Shown here piece after piece: positions 27,744 through 36,835 of a stretch of 64,000 bases of DNA. The notes beneath the pieces are model-generated. The model saw only the letters and a list, made by a program, of their open reading frames with translations. It was not told where the DNA came from and ran no database searches. The position numbers were made by a program, and so were the translations under genes. Source of the DNA: Gammaproteobacteria bacterium (GTDB taxonomy: Bacteria; Pseudomonadota; Gammaproteobacteria; GCA-001735895); assembly GCA_024638385.1 (NCBI GenBank), contig JAHEKJ010000001.1, forward strand, positions 23,838-87,837, read 5' to 3'. How positions within the stretch are numbered: position 1 is the first letter of the stretch; each line of letters opens with the position of its first letter.

Positions 27744-28672
27744 CAGGTGCGCAGGAGTTGGCGGCGGATGTGCGCCATCGGCGCGGCGTCGTCGTAGATC
27801 ACGCGATTGCCGTCGTAGGTCACACCGAGCTGGCGCCAGAGCGCGTCGAGGTCGACCGGGTACGGGTCGGCCTTCATTTTCTGATACAGCGGCACCAGCA
27901 CGTCGACGCCGGTCGCGCGGTCGCCGGCTTCGAAGACTTCCATCGCGCTCGCGCTCGCGTGCATCGACAGGCCGGCGTCGAGCACGCCGCGCAGCGCGTC
28001 GCGCAGGCTCTTGTCGTTGTCGGTCAGCCGGCGGATCTCGACGTCGGCGAGCAGGCAGAAGATCGCGCCGCCCCAGTAGGTCCGGCCCCAGGTCGGCGTG
28101 CGGTCGAGCCCGCGATCGCCGCTCTGCGGCAAGCCCTGCGGCATGCGCTCGATGAAATTGCGCCAGATGAAATCCTCGCTAAGATACTCGCGCTGCGCGC
28201 GGGCGATCGATTCGACGTAGGTCGCGAGCCCCTCGAGTAGCCAGCGATGCGCGTAGGGCACATCTGCCATCGCGAGGTGCACCATTTCGTGCACCAGAAT
28301 CCAGTCGCGGCGCAGCATTTCTGGCGTTACGTTCTCGCCGACAACGATGCGTAGCCTCGGTTTCGAGCCGCCGAAAGCCTGGCCGAAGCGGACCGCGCGG
28401 CCGCCGCTGACCTGCAGATCGATGTCGACCGTGCGCACCGGGAAGCGGCCGTAATACTGGATCACGGTCTCGGTGGAATAGACGACCCAGTCGAGCAGGA
28501 TGTCGCGCTTCTCGCGCAGCACGCGGTCCCTGATTCGTACCTCGATGCGGCTGCCGCCGAGCTCCATGGCATAGCGGTCGTCGTCGATCGCCTCGATAGC
28601 GGGCGCGGCGGAAAGCGAACTGACGGGCAACAGGCTGCAGAGCGCGAGCAGCAGGGAAGGAAGACGCAACAC
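27743..28672 (-). CDS. Secreted gluzincin-like metallopeptidase (putative)
   Basis: Signal peptide; LVHEMVH followed by WLLEGLATY (HExxH...E pattern). Confidence 0.7.
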   Translation of the reverse strand: MLRLPSLLLALCSLLPVSSLSAAPAIEAIDDDRYAMELGGSRIEVRIRDRVLREKRDILLDWVVYSTETVIQYYGRFPVRTVDIDLQVSGGRAVRFGQAFGGSKPRLRIVVGENVTPEMLRRDWILVHEMVHLAMADVPYAHRWLLEGLATYVESIARAQREYLSEDFIWRNFIERMPQGLPQSGDRGLDRTPTWGRTYWGGAIFCLLADVEIRRLTDNDKSLRDALRGVLDAGLSMHASASAMEVFEAGDRATGVDVLVPLYQKMKADPYPVDLDALWRQLGVTYDGNRVIYDDAAPMAHIRRQLLRT

Positions 28673-28728
28673 AACGGTCCTTTTTTATCGAGGACTTATC
28701 GGGTCAGACTGCCGGCGGCCGCGAAGGT

Positions 28729-29142
28729 TCATTCGCCCGGCTCCTGCGCGACGTGCGGCGCGACGAGACCGGCGTCGTACCACGGGGCCCGGTCGCGCCA
28801 GAAGATGTTGTCGTCCGGTGCGCGCCCGGGATCGTCGGCGAGGCTGCCGGCCGGCACGATCAGGCGGCCGCTCTTGAGGCTCGTGTACGGCACCAGCGAG
28901 CCGCAATGGCGACAGAAGCACTTCGAGATCATGTCGGGCTCGTCGGGCGTGAAACGCTGGACCAGGTCTTCGCCGGCGAGCCAGCGCAGCCGGTCCGGCG
29001 CGGTGAACAGGTTGGCCGCGTGCGCCGAGCCGGTCGAACGACGACATTGGCTGCAGTGGCACAGGTGAAATCGGTCGAACGGGCCGCTGACCTCGTACTG
29101 CACGCGGCCGCACAGGCAGCCGCCGCGGAGTGGTTTGCTCAT
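28729..29142 (-). CDS. GFA/CENP-V family zinc protein
   Basis: GGCLCGRV.Y, CHCSQCRR.TGS, FCRHCGS. Confidence 0.92.
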   Translation of the reverse strand: MSKPLRGGCLCGRVQYEVSGPFDRFHLCHCSQCRRSTGSAHAANLFTAPDRLRWLAGEDLVQRFTPDEPDMISKCFCRHCGSLVPYTSLKSGRLIVPAGSLADDPGRAPDDNIFWRDRAPWYDAGLVAPHVAQEPGE

Positions 29143-29151
29143 GCCGGCACC

Positions 29152-30309
29152 TCAGTCGGTTTGCGTCGCGATCAGCCGCGCGACGACGTCCTCGAAATGA
29201 CGCTCGTGCAGGTTGGCGAAGGCGAAGCGGATGAATGACTCCTGCTCGGGCCCGAAGTAGGAGCCCGGCAGGCTGACGATTTCCTGATCCTCGATCAGGC
29301 GTTTGACGACTTGCCGGGCGGGCGCGTCGAACGGATGCTCGATATAGGCGAAATAGGCGCCGGCGCTGACCACGCGGTAGCGCAGGTCGGGGTGGGCAAA
29401 GGCCTCACGCAGCGCCACCGCGCGGCGCGTGAGTTCGTCGGCTTTTTCGAGTTTCCACGCGTCGAGGTGGCGCAGGCCGTAGAGCGCGCCGAGCTGGCCG
29501 GCGTGCGGCGCGCAAATCGCGGTGCAATCCTGCACCTTCTTCAACTGTTCGAGCAACGCCTGACTCGCGCCGACCGCGCCGGTGCGGAACCCGGTCAGGC
29601 TGAAGACCTTGGAGAAGCTGTAAAGGTGCACGAGCGTGTCGCGCCAGTCGGGATCGGCGAAAAGATTGTGAGGAATCACCTCGATGTCGATGAAATCGCG
29701 ATAGGTCTCGTCGGTGATCAGCGCGATGCCGTGCTCGCGCGCCAGCGCGAAGAATTCGCCGATGCGCTCGGCGGTATAGATTGCGCCGCTCGGGTTGTTC
29801 GGCGTGACCAGCAGGATCGCGCGCGTGCGCTCGTTGATCAGGCCGCGCGCCTCGGCGGGGTCGGGCATCGCGGTCTCGGCGTCGAACGACAGATAGCGCG
29901 GCACGATCCCCCGGGTCGACAACCACATCTGGTGATTGAAATAGCACGGCAGCGGCACGATGACCTCGTCGCCGGCCGCGCACAGCGTATCGATGACCGA
30001 GCAGAAGGCCTGGTTGCAGCCGGCCGTGATCAGGATATCGTCGGCGTCGACCGTGCCCTGGTAGCGCTCGCTGATGTTGGCCGCGAGCGCTTCGCGCAGC
30101 GGCGCGATGCCGCGGATGTCGGTGTAGGTCGCGCCCTCGCCGGCCTTGATCGCGTCGCCGAGATAGTCGCGCAAATCTTGTGGCGGCAGGTGTGCCGGCA
30201 CCGCCTGGCACAGGTCGAGCAGGCGATCCGAATCCGGGTTTCGAACCCAGGACCAGGCCTCGGCGATCGGCGCGGCGGCGCAATCGAGCACGTTGGGATT
30301 GAATTTCAT
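29152..30309 (-). CDS. Class I/II PLP-dependent aminotransferase
   Basis: TAGCNQAF, VTPNNPSG, DETYRDF, SFSKVFSLTGFR.G, RFAFAN; start reassigned to MKFNP. Confidence 0.9.
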   Translation of the reverse strand: MKFNPNVLDCAAAPIAEAWSWVRNPDSDRLLDLCQAVPAHLPPQDLRDYLGDAIKAGEGATYTDIRGIAPLREALAANISERYQGTVDADDILITAGCNQAFCSVIDTLCAAGDEVIVPLPCYFNHQMWLSTRGIVPRYLSFDAETAMPDPAEARGLINERTRAILLVTPNNPSGAIYTAERIGEFFALAREHGIALITDETYRDFIDIEVIPHNLFADPDWRDTLVHLYSFSKVFSLTGFRTGAVGASQALLEQLKKVQDCTAICAPHAGQLGALYGLRHLDAWKLEKADELTRRAVALREAFAHPDLRYRVVSAGAYFAYIEHPFDAPARQVVKRLIEDQEIVSLPGSYFGPEQESFIRFAFANLHERHFEDVVARLIATQTD

Positions 30310-30414
30310 GGCATCGGCCCGCGAGTTTTGTCCGATGGTAGAGAAAACCGGCGCTGCTGACCAGTGTTCGCCGCTATGCGATAATCCGGAGCGTTTCTCA
30401 CCAAGGAATTCGAC

Positions 30415-30855
30415 ATGAAATACCTGCATACGATGGTGCGCGTGCACGATCTCGACGAATCGCTGGCCTTTTACCGAGATCTGCTCGGCCTCGTCGAGGT
30501 CGATCGCCACGAAGACCGCGACGGGGAGTACACGCTGGTCTATCTCGCCGCGCCGGAAGATCTCGACGTGGTCGAGACCGAGCGCGCGCCGATCCTCGAG
30601 CTGACCTACAACTGGGACGGCGAGGTCTACCAGGGCGGGCGCAATTTCGGCCACCTCGCGTTTGCCGTCGACGACGTCTACGAAATGTGCCAGAAAGCAA
30701 TGGACGCCGGGATCACGATCAACGTACCGCCGCGCGACGGCCACATGGCGTTTTTCCGCTCGCCGGACAAGATTTCGATCGAGCTGCTGCAAAAGGGCGA
30801 GCCGCTGCCGCCGGCGGAACCCTGGAAATCGATGCCGACGACCGGCGAATGGTAG
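30415..30855 (+). CDS. gloA: Lactoylglutathione lyase (glyoxalase I / VOC)
   Basis: [46 protein letters not shown]. Confidence 0.88.
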   Translation: MKYLHTMVRVHDLDESLAFYRDLLGLVEVDRHEDRDGEYTLVYLAAPEDLDVVETERAPILELTYNWDGEVYQGGRNFGHLAFAVDDVYEMCQKAMDAGITINVPPRDGHMAFFRSPDKISIELLQKGEPLPPAEPWKSMPTTGEW

Positions 30856-31631
30856 CCGTCGAGCGCTATCTCGACGGCCGCGTCGCGATCGTCACCGGCG
30901 GCCTGACCGGCATCGGCAAGGCGATCGCGCGGGCGCTGGCCGAGCGCGGCGCGACCGTCGCGGTCGGCGGCCGCCGGCGGCTCGACGCGGCGATCGCCGA
31001 ACTCGAGGCCGCGAGCGACCGGATTGTTTACTACCCGCTCGACGTCGCCGACCTCGCCAGCGTCGAGGCCTTCGTCGATACCGTCGCGCAGGCCCACGGG
31101 CCGGCCGACATTCTCGTCAATTCGGCCGGCATTTCGACTCATCAATACGTTTGCGGGCACGACGTCGAAGCCTGGCTCGACGTCATCGATATCAACCTGT
31201 CAGGCCCGTTCCGGATGATCCGCGCGTGCCTGCCGCAGATGATCGAGCGCCGCTGGGGGCGCATCATCAACATCGGCTCGACCGCGGCGCGCGTCGCGGT
31301 CGCCGATCACGCCGCCTACTGCGCATCGAAGTCGGGGCTGTTGGGCCTGAACCGCGCGGTCGCGCTCGAGGGCGCGCCGCACGGCGTCAGCTCGGTCGTG
31401 ATCAGCCCGACCTGGGTGCAAACCGAGATGATGGCCGAGAGCATGGAAATCCAGGCACGCAACGCCGGGCGCAGCGTCGACGACGAGATTGCCGACATCG
31501 TCGCGCAACAACCGCAGAAACGCCTGGTGCAGCCGCACGAACTCGGCGCGCTCGCGGCCTTCCTGTGTCGCGACGAGGCGCTCGGCATCACGATGGAAGA
31601 CATCCAGCTCAACGCCGGCGCCCTGTGGTAA
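30849..31631 (+). CDS. Short-chain dehydrogenase/reductase
   Basis: [27 protein letters not shown]. Confidence 0.9.
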   Translation: MVAVERYLDGRVAIVTGGLTGIGKAIARALAERGATVAVGGRRRLDAAIAELEAASDRIVYYPLDVADLASVEAFVDTVAQAHGPADILVNSAGISTHQYVCGHDVEAWLDVIDINLSGPFRMIRACLPQMIERRWGRIINIGSTAARVAVADHAAYCASKSGLLGLNRAVALEGAPHGVSSVVISPTWVQTEMMAESMEIQARNAGRSVDDEIADIVAQQPQKRLVQPHELGALAAFLCRDEALGITMEDIQLNAGALW

Positions 31632-31636
31632 CCGCG

Positions 31637-32080
31637 ATGGCGCTGCTTGATTTCGACGCCGGTTATTTCAGCCTCCCCAGCCCGTGGCGCGGGTTCGATC
31701 GCTGGCTCAACCGCTTCCGCCATCGGCGAGCGGTGCGAATCAACGCGCACGACGTCGAGTTGCGCTGGACCACGCGCGCCGATCGCTCGCTGCGCGCAAG
31801 GCGCGAACCGCTCGTGGTCGAGTTGCAGCTGTATTTTTCCTGCGTCGTGCAGAAGCGGGTGCTGTTTCATGCCGATTATGCGGGCGCCAGCGTCGAGGTT
31901 ATGCCGGGTCTGAAAATCGCGTTTCATCCGCTCGCTTCGGCGGCCTGCGAACCGGTCGAGTTCGCGGCCAGCCATCCGCCGGGCCGGGATTTGAGCGACG
32001 GTAAGGCGGCGCGCATGGTGCCGCGACGAGTGGATATCGACTTTCGCAACGAAGCCTGGGAAGGGCAATTTTACTACTGA
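31637..32080 (+). CDS. Hypothetical protein ([14 protein letters not shown] motif)
   Basis: Non-shadow composition [11 protein letters not shown]...[19 protein letters not shown]...WEGQFYY; starts 5 nt after the SDR stop. Confidence 0.7.
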   Translation: MALLDFDAGYFSLPSPWRGFDRWLNRFRHRRAVRINAHDVELRWTTRADRSLRARREPLVVELQLYFSCVVQKRVLFHADYAGASVEVMPGLKIAFHPLASAACEPVEFAASHPPGRDLSDGKAARMVPRRVDIDFRNEAWEGQFYY

Positions 32081-32114
32081 CCCCGGCAAGCCTCGGTCCG
32101 GTCTTGCGACGCGG

Positions 32115-32128
32115 TTGATTCAGATCAA
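32115..32128. promoter_or_regulatory. FNR/Anr/Dnr-type box
   Basis: Exact TTGAT-tcag-ATCAA in an AT-rich intergenic region. Confidence 0.75.
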
Positions 32129-32134
32129 TTCAGC

Positions 32135-32156
32135 TATATTAATAAGCGCTAATATA
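32135..32156. promoter_or_regulatory. Palindromic operator upstream of the DUF2892 gene
   Basis: TATATTA-ataagcgc-TAATATA perfect 7-bp inverted repeat. Confidence 0.6.
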
Positions 32157-32192
32157 GGTTTTGTTCGTAAACCGTTTCCCGGGAGATTAACG

Positions 32193-32396
32193 ATGAGTAT
32201 CGATCGACTGGTCATGTTGTTCGCCGGCAGCATGATTTTACTGAGCCTGGCGCTATCGCAGCTGCACCACGTTTACTGGCTGTTCGTAACCGCTTTCGTC
32301 GGCGCCAACCTGGTGCAGGCTTCTTTCACCGGGTTCTGCCCGCTGGCGAAGATTCTCAAGGCCGTCGGTTCCAAGCCGGGCGCCGCTTTCTCGTAG
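32193..32396 (+). CDS. DUF2892 (YgaP-like) small membrane protein
   Basis: GGAG RBS; [12 protein letters not shown]...[20 protein letters not shown]. Confidence 0.88.
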   Translation: MSIDRLVMLFAGSMILLSLALSQLHHVYWLFVTAFVGANLVQASFTGFCPLAKILKAVGSKPGAAFS

Positions 32397-32444
32397 CGTC
32401 GAAATCGACCGGGGCGCCGTGCTCGCCAGACGGTGCCACGGTAC

Positions 32445-33371
32445 TTACAGGGATTCGACGTATTCCTCCATCCTCCGGCGCAGCCCGGCGTCGGGCAGGC
32501 GGCCGCGGTTGGCGCCCATGTTGTCGACCATGTGCTTGAGCTTCGACGTCGCCGGGATCACGCAGGTGACCGTCGGGTGCGCGGCGAGGTACTTTAGAAA
32601 GAACTGACCCCAGCTCGCGCAATCGAACTCGGCCGCCCATTCGGGCAGCGGCTTGCCGCGCACGCTGCGAAACAGGCTGCCGCGCTGGTAGGGGCGGTTG
32701 ATCAGCGTCGCGATACCGCGCTCGGCGGCGATCGGCAGCAGGCGTTGCTCCGCGTCGCGGTCGATTATGTTGTAGCTGAACTGGACGAAATCGAGCGGTT
32801 GCTCGAGCAGGATTCGCTCGAGTTCGCGATGATAACGCCCGTGCGAGGTCGTGATGCCGATGTAGCGGATGCGGCCCTGTTGCTTCCAGGCGCGCAGCGT
32901 TTCGAGATGCACCTGCCAGTCGCGCAGGTTGTGAATCTGCATCAGGTCGATGCGTTCGACTCCCATGCGTTCGCGCGAGCGCTGCATCTGGCGAACGCCG
33001 CTGTCGCGGCCATTGGTCCAGACCTTGGTCGCGGTAAACAGGCCGCGCCGGTCGTCGATGCGCGCGAGTAGTTTGCCGATCACGGTTTCGGCGCTGCCGT
33101 ACATCGGCGACGAGTCGATCAGCTGGCCGCCACCGGCGAAGAATGCGCGCATCACCTCGAGCAGCGGTGCGAGCCCGTCGTCCGTAGGTTCGACCTCGAA
33201 TGTGCGCGACGAGCCCATGCCGATGACCGCGATCCGCTCGCCGCTCGCCGGAATGGTCTTTCTGATCACGCCATCGGCCATCGCACCGGCCGGCCACAGC
33301 GCCAGCATCGACGCGGCGCCGGTGGCCTGCAGGAAACGACGCCGCGATACGACTTGCCGTTCGTTCGTCAT
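32445..33371 (-). CDS. Aldo/keto reductase with twin-arginine signal peptide
   Basis: SRRRFLQ Tat motif and AMA cleavage site; IGMGS, IDSSPMYG, ATKVW, QIHNL, RYIGIT, IPATSK..H..DN. Confidence 0.9.
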   Translation of the reverse strand: MTNERQVVSRRRFLQATGAASMLALWPAGAMADGVIRKTIPASGERIAVIGMGSSRTFEVEPTDDGLAPLLEVMRAFFAGGGQLIDSSPMYGSAETVIGKLLARIDDRRGLFTATKVWTNGRDSGVRQMQRSRERMGVERIDLMQIHNLRDWQVHLETLRAWKQQGRIRYIGITTSHGRYHRELERILLEQPLDFVQFSYNIIDRDAEQRLLPIAAERGIATLINRPYQRGSLFRSVRGKPLPEWAAEFDCASWGQFFLKYLAAHPTVTCVIPATSKLKHMVDNMGANRGRLPDAGLRRRMEEYVESL

Positions 33372-34666
33372 GTAGTTACTCCCTCGGTCGCCGCTTCGGG
33401 CAAGCTTGCACGATCGCGGTCGAACCGTCTGCCTAGAAAGATACCGACCCCCATCCACAACGCCGCGATCGCCGCGGCGACCGCCGCGAGCGCGCCGAGG
33501 CCGAGGCCGACGCCCTGCGCGAGCGCGGTGTAGACCCAGCTCGCGAAGACGTCCCCGCCACGGTAGACGACGATGTCGATCACCGGCTTGGTCTTGAAGC
33601 GGGTTTCACGGCCGACCGCGGTAAACAGCATTTCGCGACCGGGTTTGGTCACCGCGTAGTTGCCGGCGCGACGAATGATCTGCAGCGCAACGAGCAAGCC
33701 GACTCCCGGCGCGATCGCGACGGTTAGCCACCCGACGACGAGCAATGCCGGGACCAGCGCGAGCGTGACCGCGAGCCCGAGGCGGGTCGCGATGCGCCCG
33801 GTTGCGAACAGCGCGGTCAGGATTGCGAGCGTATTGACCGCGAGATCCATGCCGCCCCAGTAGCGCGTGCGCGCCGCGCGATCGAACTCGGCGAGGACGT
33901 TTTTCAGCTCGAAATAGACGAAGGTGCTCATCAGCGTATAGAGCAGGATGAACAACGCGATCGCGAGCAGGAAGCGATGGCCGAGCAAATCGATGAAACC
34001 GTCGACGAAGCGTCCGCCGATCGGGCCCCCGTCGTCGCCGCCGTGCCGACCGGCCGCCGCCGAATCGCGTTCGAGGTAGAAGATCAGCGGCAGGATCAGG
34101 CACAGCATCACCGCCGCCAGCAGCAGCAGGTTGTAGACGCCGAGCCGCTCGCCGAACAAAAGCGGCACCGTCGGGCCGAGCACCGCGCCGATGCTGGCGC
34201 CGGCGCCGATCGGCGCGAACAGGCGCCGCGACTGTTCGCTCGAAAAGCGCTCGGCCATAAAACTCCAGAAGACCGACACGTGAAACAGCGCGAAGAAGCT
34301 GACCCAGACGTAGAACGCCTGGTCGAGCAAGCGCGTGTCGGTGAGAACCCGCGTGCCGGCATAGAACAGGACGAAGGTCGCGGCGAAGAAAACATAGACG
34401 CCGGGGACCAGGCGGCGCGGCGCGCTGCGCGTGACGACCGCGCCGTAGATCAGAACGGCGCCCGCGCTGATGAAAAAATTGAGCGTCCACAGCCAGCTCA
34501 GTTCGGCGTCGCTCCAGTCGCTCGCCATCGCGTCGCGCACCGGGCGCAGCACGTAGTAGGCCGCCATCAGGATGAAGACGAAGGCGAAGGAAGCGGCGAA
34601 CGCGGGCAGCTCGCGGGTCTCGACCTTGATCAGCTTGCCGATGAGTCGGGTCAGGGAATGCGCCAT
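33368..34666 (-). CDS. NTT/TLC-like (nucleotide translocase-related) MFS transporter
   Basis: About 12 hydrophobic segments; YYVLRPVRDAM, FYVWVS.F.LF..SVFWSFM, RLF..I..G, YAVTKPGREMLF, K.K.VID.VVYRGGD. Confidence 0.82.
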   Translation of the reverse strand: MAHSLTRLIGKLIKVETRELPAFAASFAFVFILMAAYYVLRPVRDAMASDWSDAELSWLWTLNFFISAGAVLIYGAVVTRSAPRRLVPGVYVFFAATFVLFYAGTRVLTDTRLLDQAFYVWVSFFALFHVSVFWSFMAERFSSEQSRRLFAPIGAGASIGAVLGPTVPLLFGERLGVYNLLLLAAVMLCLILPLIFYLERDSAAAGRHGGDDGGPIGGRFVDGFIDLLGHRFLLAIALFILLYTLMSTFVYFELKNVLAEFDRAARTRYWGGMDLAVNTLAILTALFATGRIATRLGLAVTLALVPALLVVGWLTVAIAPGVGLLVALQIIRRAGNYAVTKPGREMLFTAVGRETRFKTKPVIDIVVYRGGDVFASWVYTALAQGVGLGLGALAAVAAAIAALWMGVGIFLGRRFDRDRASLPEAATEGVTT

Positions 34667-34719
34667 GCAGATTCGTCGTCCTTTAGCATCGACAAGTATA
34701 CCCGAAGTCGCCGCGGTCG

Positions 34720-34992
34720 ATGGAATTCGCGAATCGTCGGGCGCGGATCGCCGAACGCCAGGCCCTGGCCGACGAGGGCCTGACGCGCGTACTGGACGCA
34801 CTCGGGCAGTTACCGCTGCGTCAGCAGCAGGCATTTCTGCTGCGCGCCTGGCAGGAACAGAGCACCCGCGAAACCGCCTTCGCGCTCGCCATTTCCGAAA
34901 ATAGCGTCAAGACGCACTATGCCCGGGCGCTCGCCCGCTTGCGCGAACTGCTGGGAGATGAACCACCGGGAGACCGACATGAGCAACGATGA
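34720..34992 (+). pseudogene. ECF sigma factor remnant (region 4 only)
   Basis: [18 protein letters not shown]...[24 protein letters not shown]; no room for region 2 before the divergent gene start at 34666. Confidence 0.75.
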
Positions 34993-35320
34993 GCATTTCG
35001 ACAAGCGCCTGCGTGAAACCCTGAACCGGCAAACGCTCGACCGGCAAACCCGCGATGCCCTGCAGGCCGCGCGCCTGGCGGCCCTCGATGGCCGACGTCC
35101 GGACCGGGCCCGCCACTGGATTCCTAAGTCCGCGTTTGCGGCGATCACGGTCGCGTCGCTGCTGCTGGTGCTCGGCGCCTGGCTTTAACCGCAATTGCGC
35201 GAGCCCGGATTACCGCGAGTCGAGGTCGACGACCTGGTCGTGATCACCGACGAAGACGAGCTGGAATTGTTCGAGGAACTGGAGTTTTACGCCTGGTTCG
35301 AGCAGGAGCAGCCGGTTTAG
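34979..35320 (+). pseudogene. Anti-sigma-like (DUF3619-like) membrane protein with internal TAA at 35186-35188
   Basis: [15 protein letters not shown]...LQAARLAAL...TM...AWL*PQLREPG...DELELFEELEFYAWFEQEQPV* in one frame. Confidence 0.75.
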
Positions 35321-35391
35321 GGGCTGCTCCGTTTGATGTCGGCGGCGGGTCGAACGACAATACCCGCGTCATTATTGCCGAGCGACCCTTC

Positions 35392-36219
35392 ATGCCCGAA
35401 GGCCCCGAAATCAGACGTGCGGCGGACGAGGTAGGCGTTGCCCTGGTCGGGCGCAAGACCACCGTGGTCGAGTTCGCGTTCCAGCACCTGCGTCGCTTCG
35501 AGGGCCGGTTGCGCGGGCGGCGGGTGGTCGGCGTCGAGTCGCGCGGCAAGGCGATCCTGACCCGTTTCGACAACGGCTGGGTAATCTACAGCCACAACCA
35601 GCTCTACGGTCGCTGGTTCGTCGGCGCCGCCGACGCGTCGCCGACAACCGGCCGCCAGCTGCGGCTCGCGATTCGCAACCGGCGCGGCAGCGCGCTGCTC
35701 TACAGCGCTTCCGAGATCGACGTGTTGCGCGCCGAGGCGCTCGAGGCGCACCCGTTCCTGGCCCGCATGGGACCGGATCTGCTGACCGATCGCCCCGGCG
35801 TCGAGGGCGTGCTCGAGCGGCTCGAGGCGCCGGAGTACCGGGGGCGGATGCTTGCCGGACTGCTGCTCGACCAGGGCTTCGTCGCCGGGCTCGGTAATTA
35901 TCTGCGCGCCGAAATCCTGACCCGCGCGCGCCTGCACCCGGCGCTGAAACCCGCGCAGTGCAATCGCCGCGAGCTGCGCCGGCTGGCGCGCGCCATCGTC
36001 GAACTCACCGAGCGTTCCTACCGCACCGGCGGCATCGTCAATCCGCCATCGCTGGTCAAGAAACTCGAGGCGCAGGGATTGCAGACTCGCGAGCAGCATC
36101 GTTTCAATACCTACGGCCGCGCCGGCGAGGCCTGTCATTTTTGCGGCGCCGAAATCGAGTGCTCGAACGCGGGCGGCCGCAAGATGTATTTTTGCCCTGG
36201 CTGCCAGCCGTCGCGCTGA
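35392..36219 (+). CDS. nei: Endonuclease VIII
   Basis: MPEGPEIRRAAD, SRGKAIL, YSHNQLYG.W, LYSASEI, LLDQ.FVAGLGNYLRAEIL, zinc finger CHFC...CPGCQ. Confidence 0.92.
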   Translation: MPEGPEIRRAADEVGVALVGRKTTVVEFAFQHLRRFEGRLRGRRVVGVESRGKAILTRFDNGWVIYSHNQLYGRWFVGAADASPTTGRQLRLAIRNRRGSALLYSASEIDVLRAEALEAHPFLARMGPDLLTDRPGVEGVLERLEAPEYRGRMLAGLLLDQGFVAGLGNYLRAEILTRARLHPALKPAQCNRRELRRLARAIVELTERSYRTGGIVNPPSLVKKLEAQGLQTREQHRFNTYGRAGEACHFCGAEIECSNAGGRKMYFCPGCQPSR

Positions 36220-36336
36220 GTCGCGGGCCAGACCACACGACGGGCCGGATTTGCCGCGATAAAAATTTTCGCGATCCGGCCGTGGGTTATGGCATCATGT
36301 CTCGATATCGCCATTGGCCCGAGGGGGAATCGTATC

Positions 36337-36834
36337 GTGTCGGTCAACGAGAGAATCGTCGCCGATTTCGTCGAGAACGGAATCGAGTTCGTCACCACCG
36401 TGCCGTGCAAGCAGCTTGCCGGCGTCATCGAGCAGGTCGATGCGAGCGACCGCATCCATCACGTGCCGTGCAACAAGGAAGACGAGGGCATGGGCCTGTG
36501 CGCCGGCGCGTTCATGGGCGGGCAGCGCGCCGCGATCATCATGCAGAACACCGCGATCGGGGTCACGATCAACACGCTCGCGACGCTGATCCAGTATTAC
36601 CACATCCCGCTGCCGATGCTGATCAGCTACCGCGGCGAGCTCGGCGAAAAGGTCGCCTGCCAGGTCGAGATGGCGCTGCACACCAAGGCCCTGCTCGATC
36701 GGTTGTTGATCCCGACTTACCATTTTCATCGGCCCGGCGACGCCGACGAGCTCGACGCGATTCTGAAGCACTGCTTCATGAGCAAAAAGCCGGCCGCGAT
36801 CCTGACCGACGCCAGCTTCTGGCAGGGGGCCTGA
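36337..36834 (+). CDS. comD: Sulfopyruvate decarboxylase alpha subunit
   Basis: TVPCKQL, KEDEGMGLCAGA.MGG, MQNTAIG..IN.L..L, LISYRGE.GE...CQ. Confidence 0.8.
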   Translation: MSVNERIVADFVENGIEFVTTVPCKQLAGVIEQVDASDRIHHVPCNKEDEGMGLCAGAFMGGQRAAIIMQNTAIGVTINTLATLIQYYHIPLPMLISYRGELGEKVACQVEMALHTKALLDRLLIPTYHFHRPGDADELDAILKHCFMSKKPAAILTDASFWQGA

Positions 36835-36835
36835 G

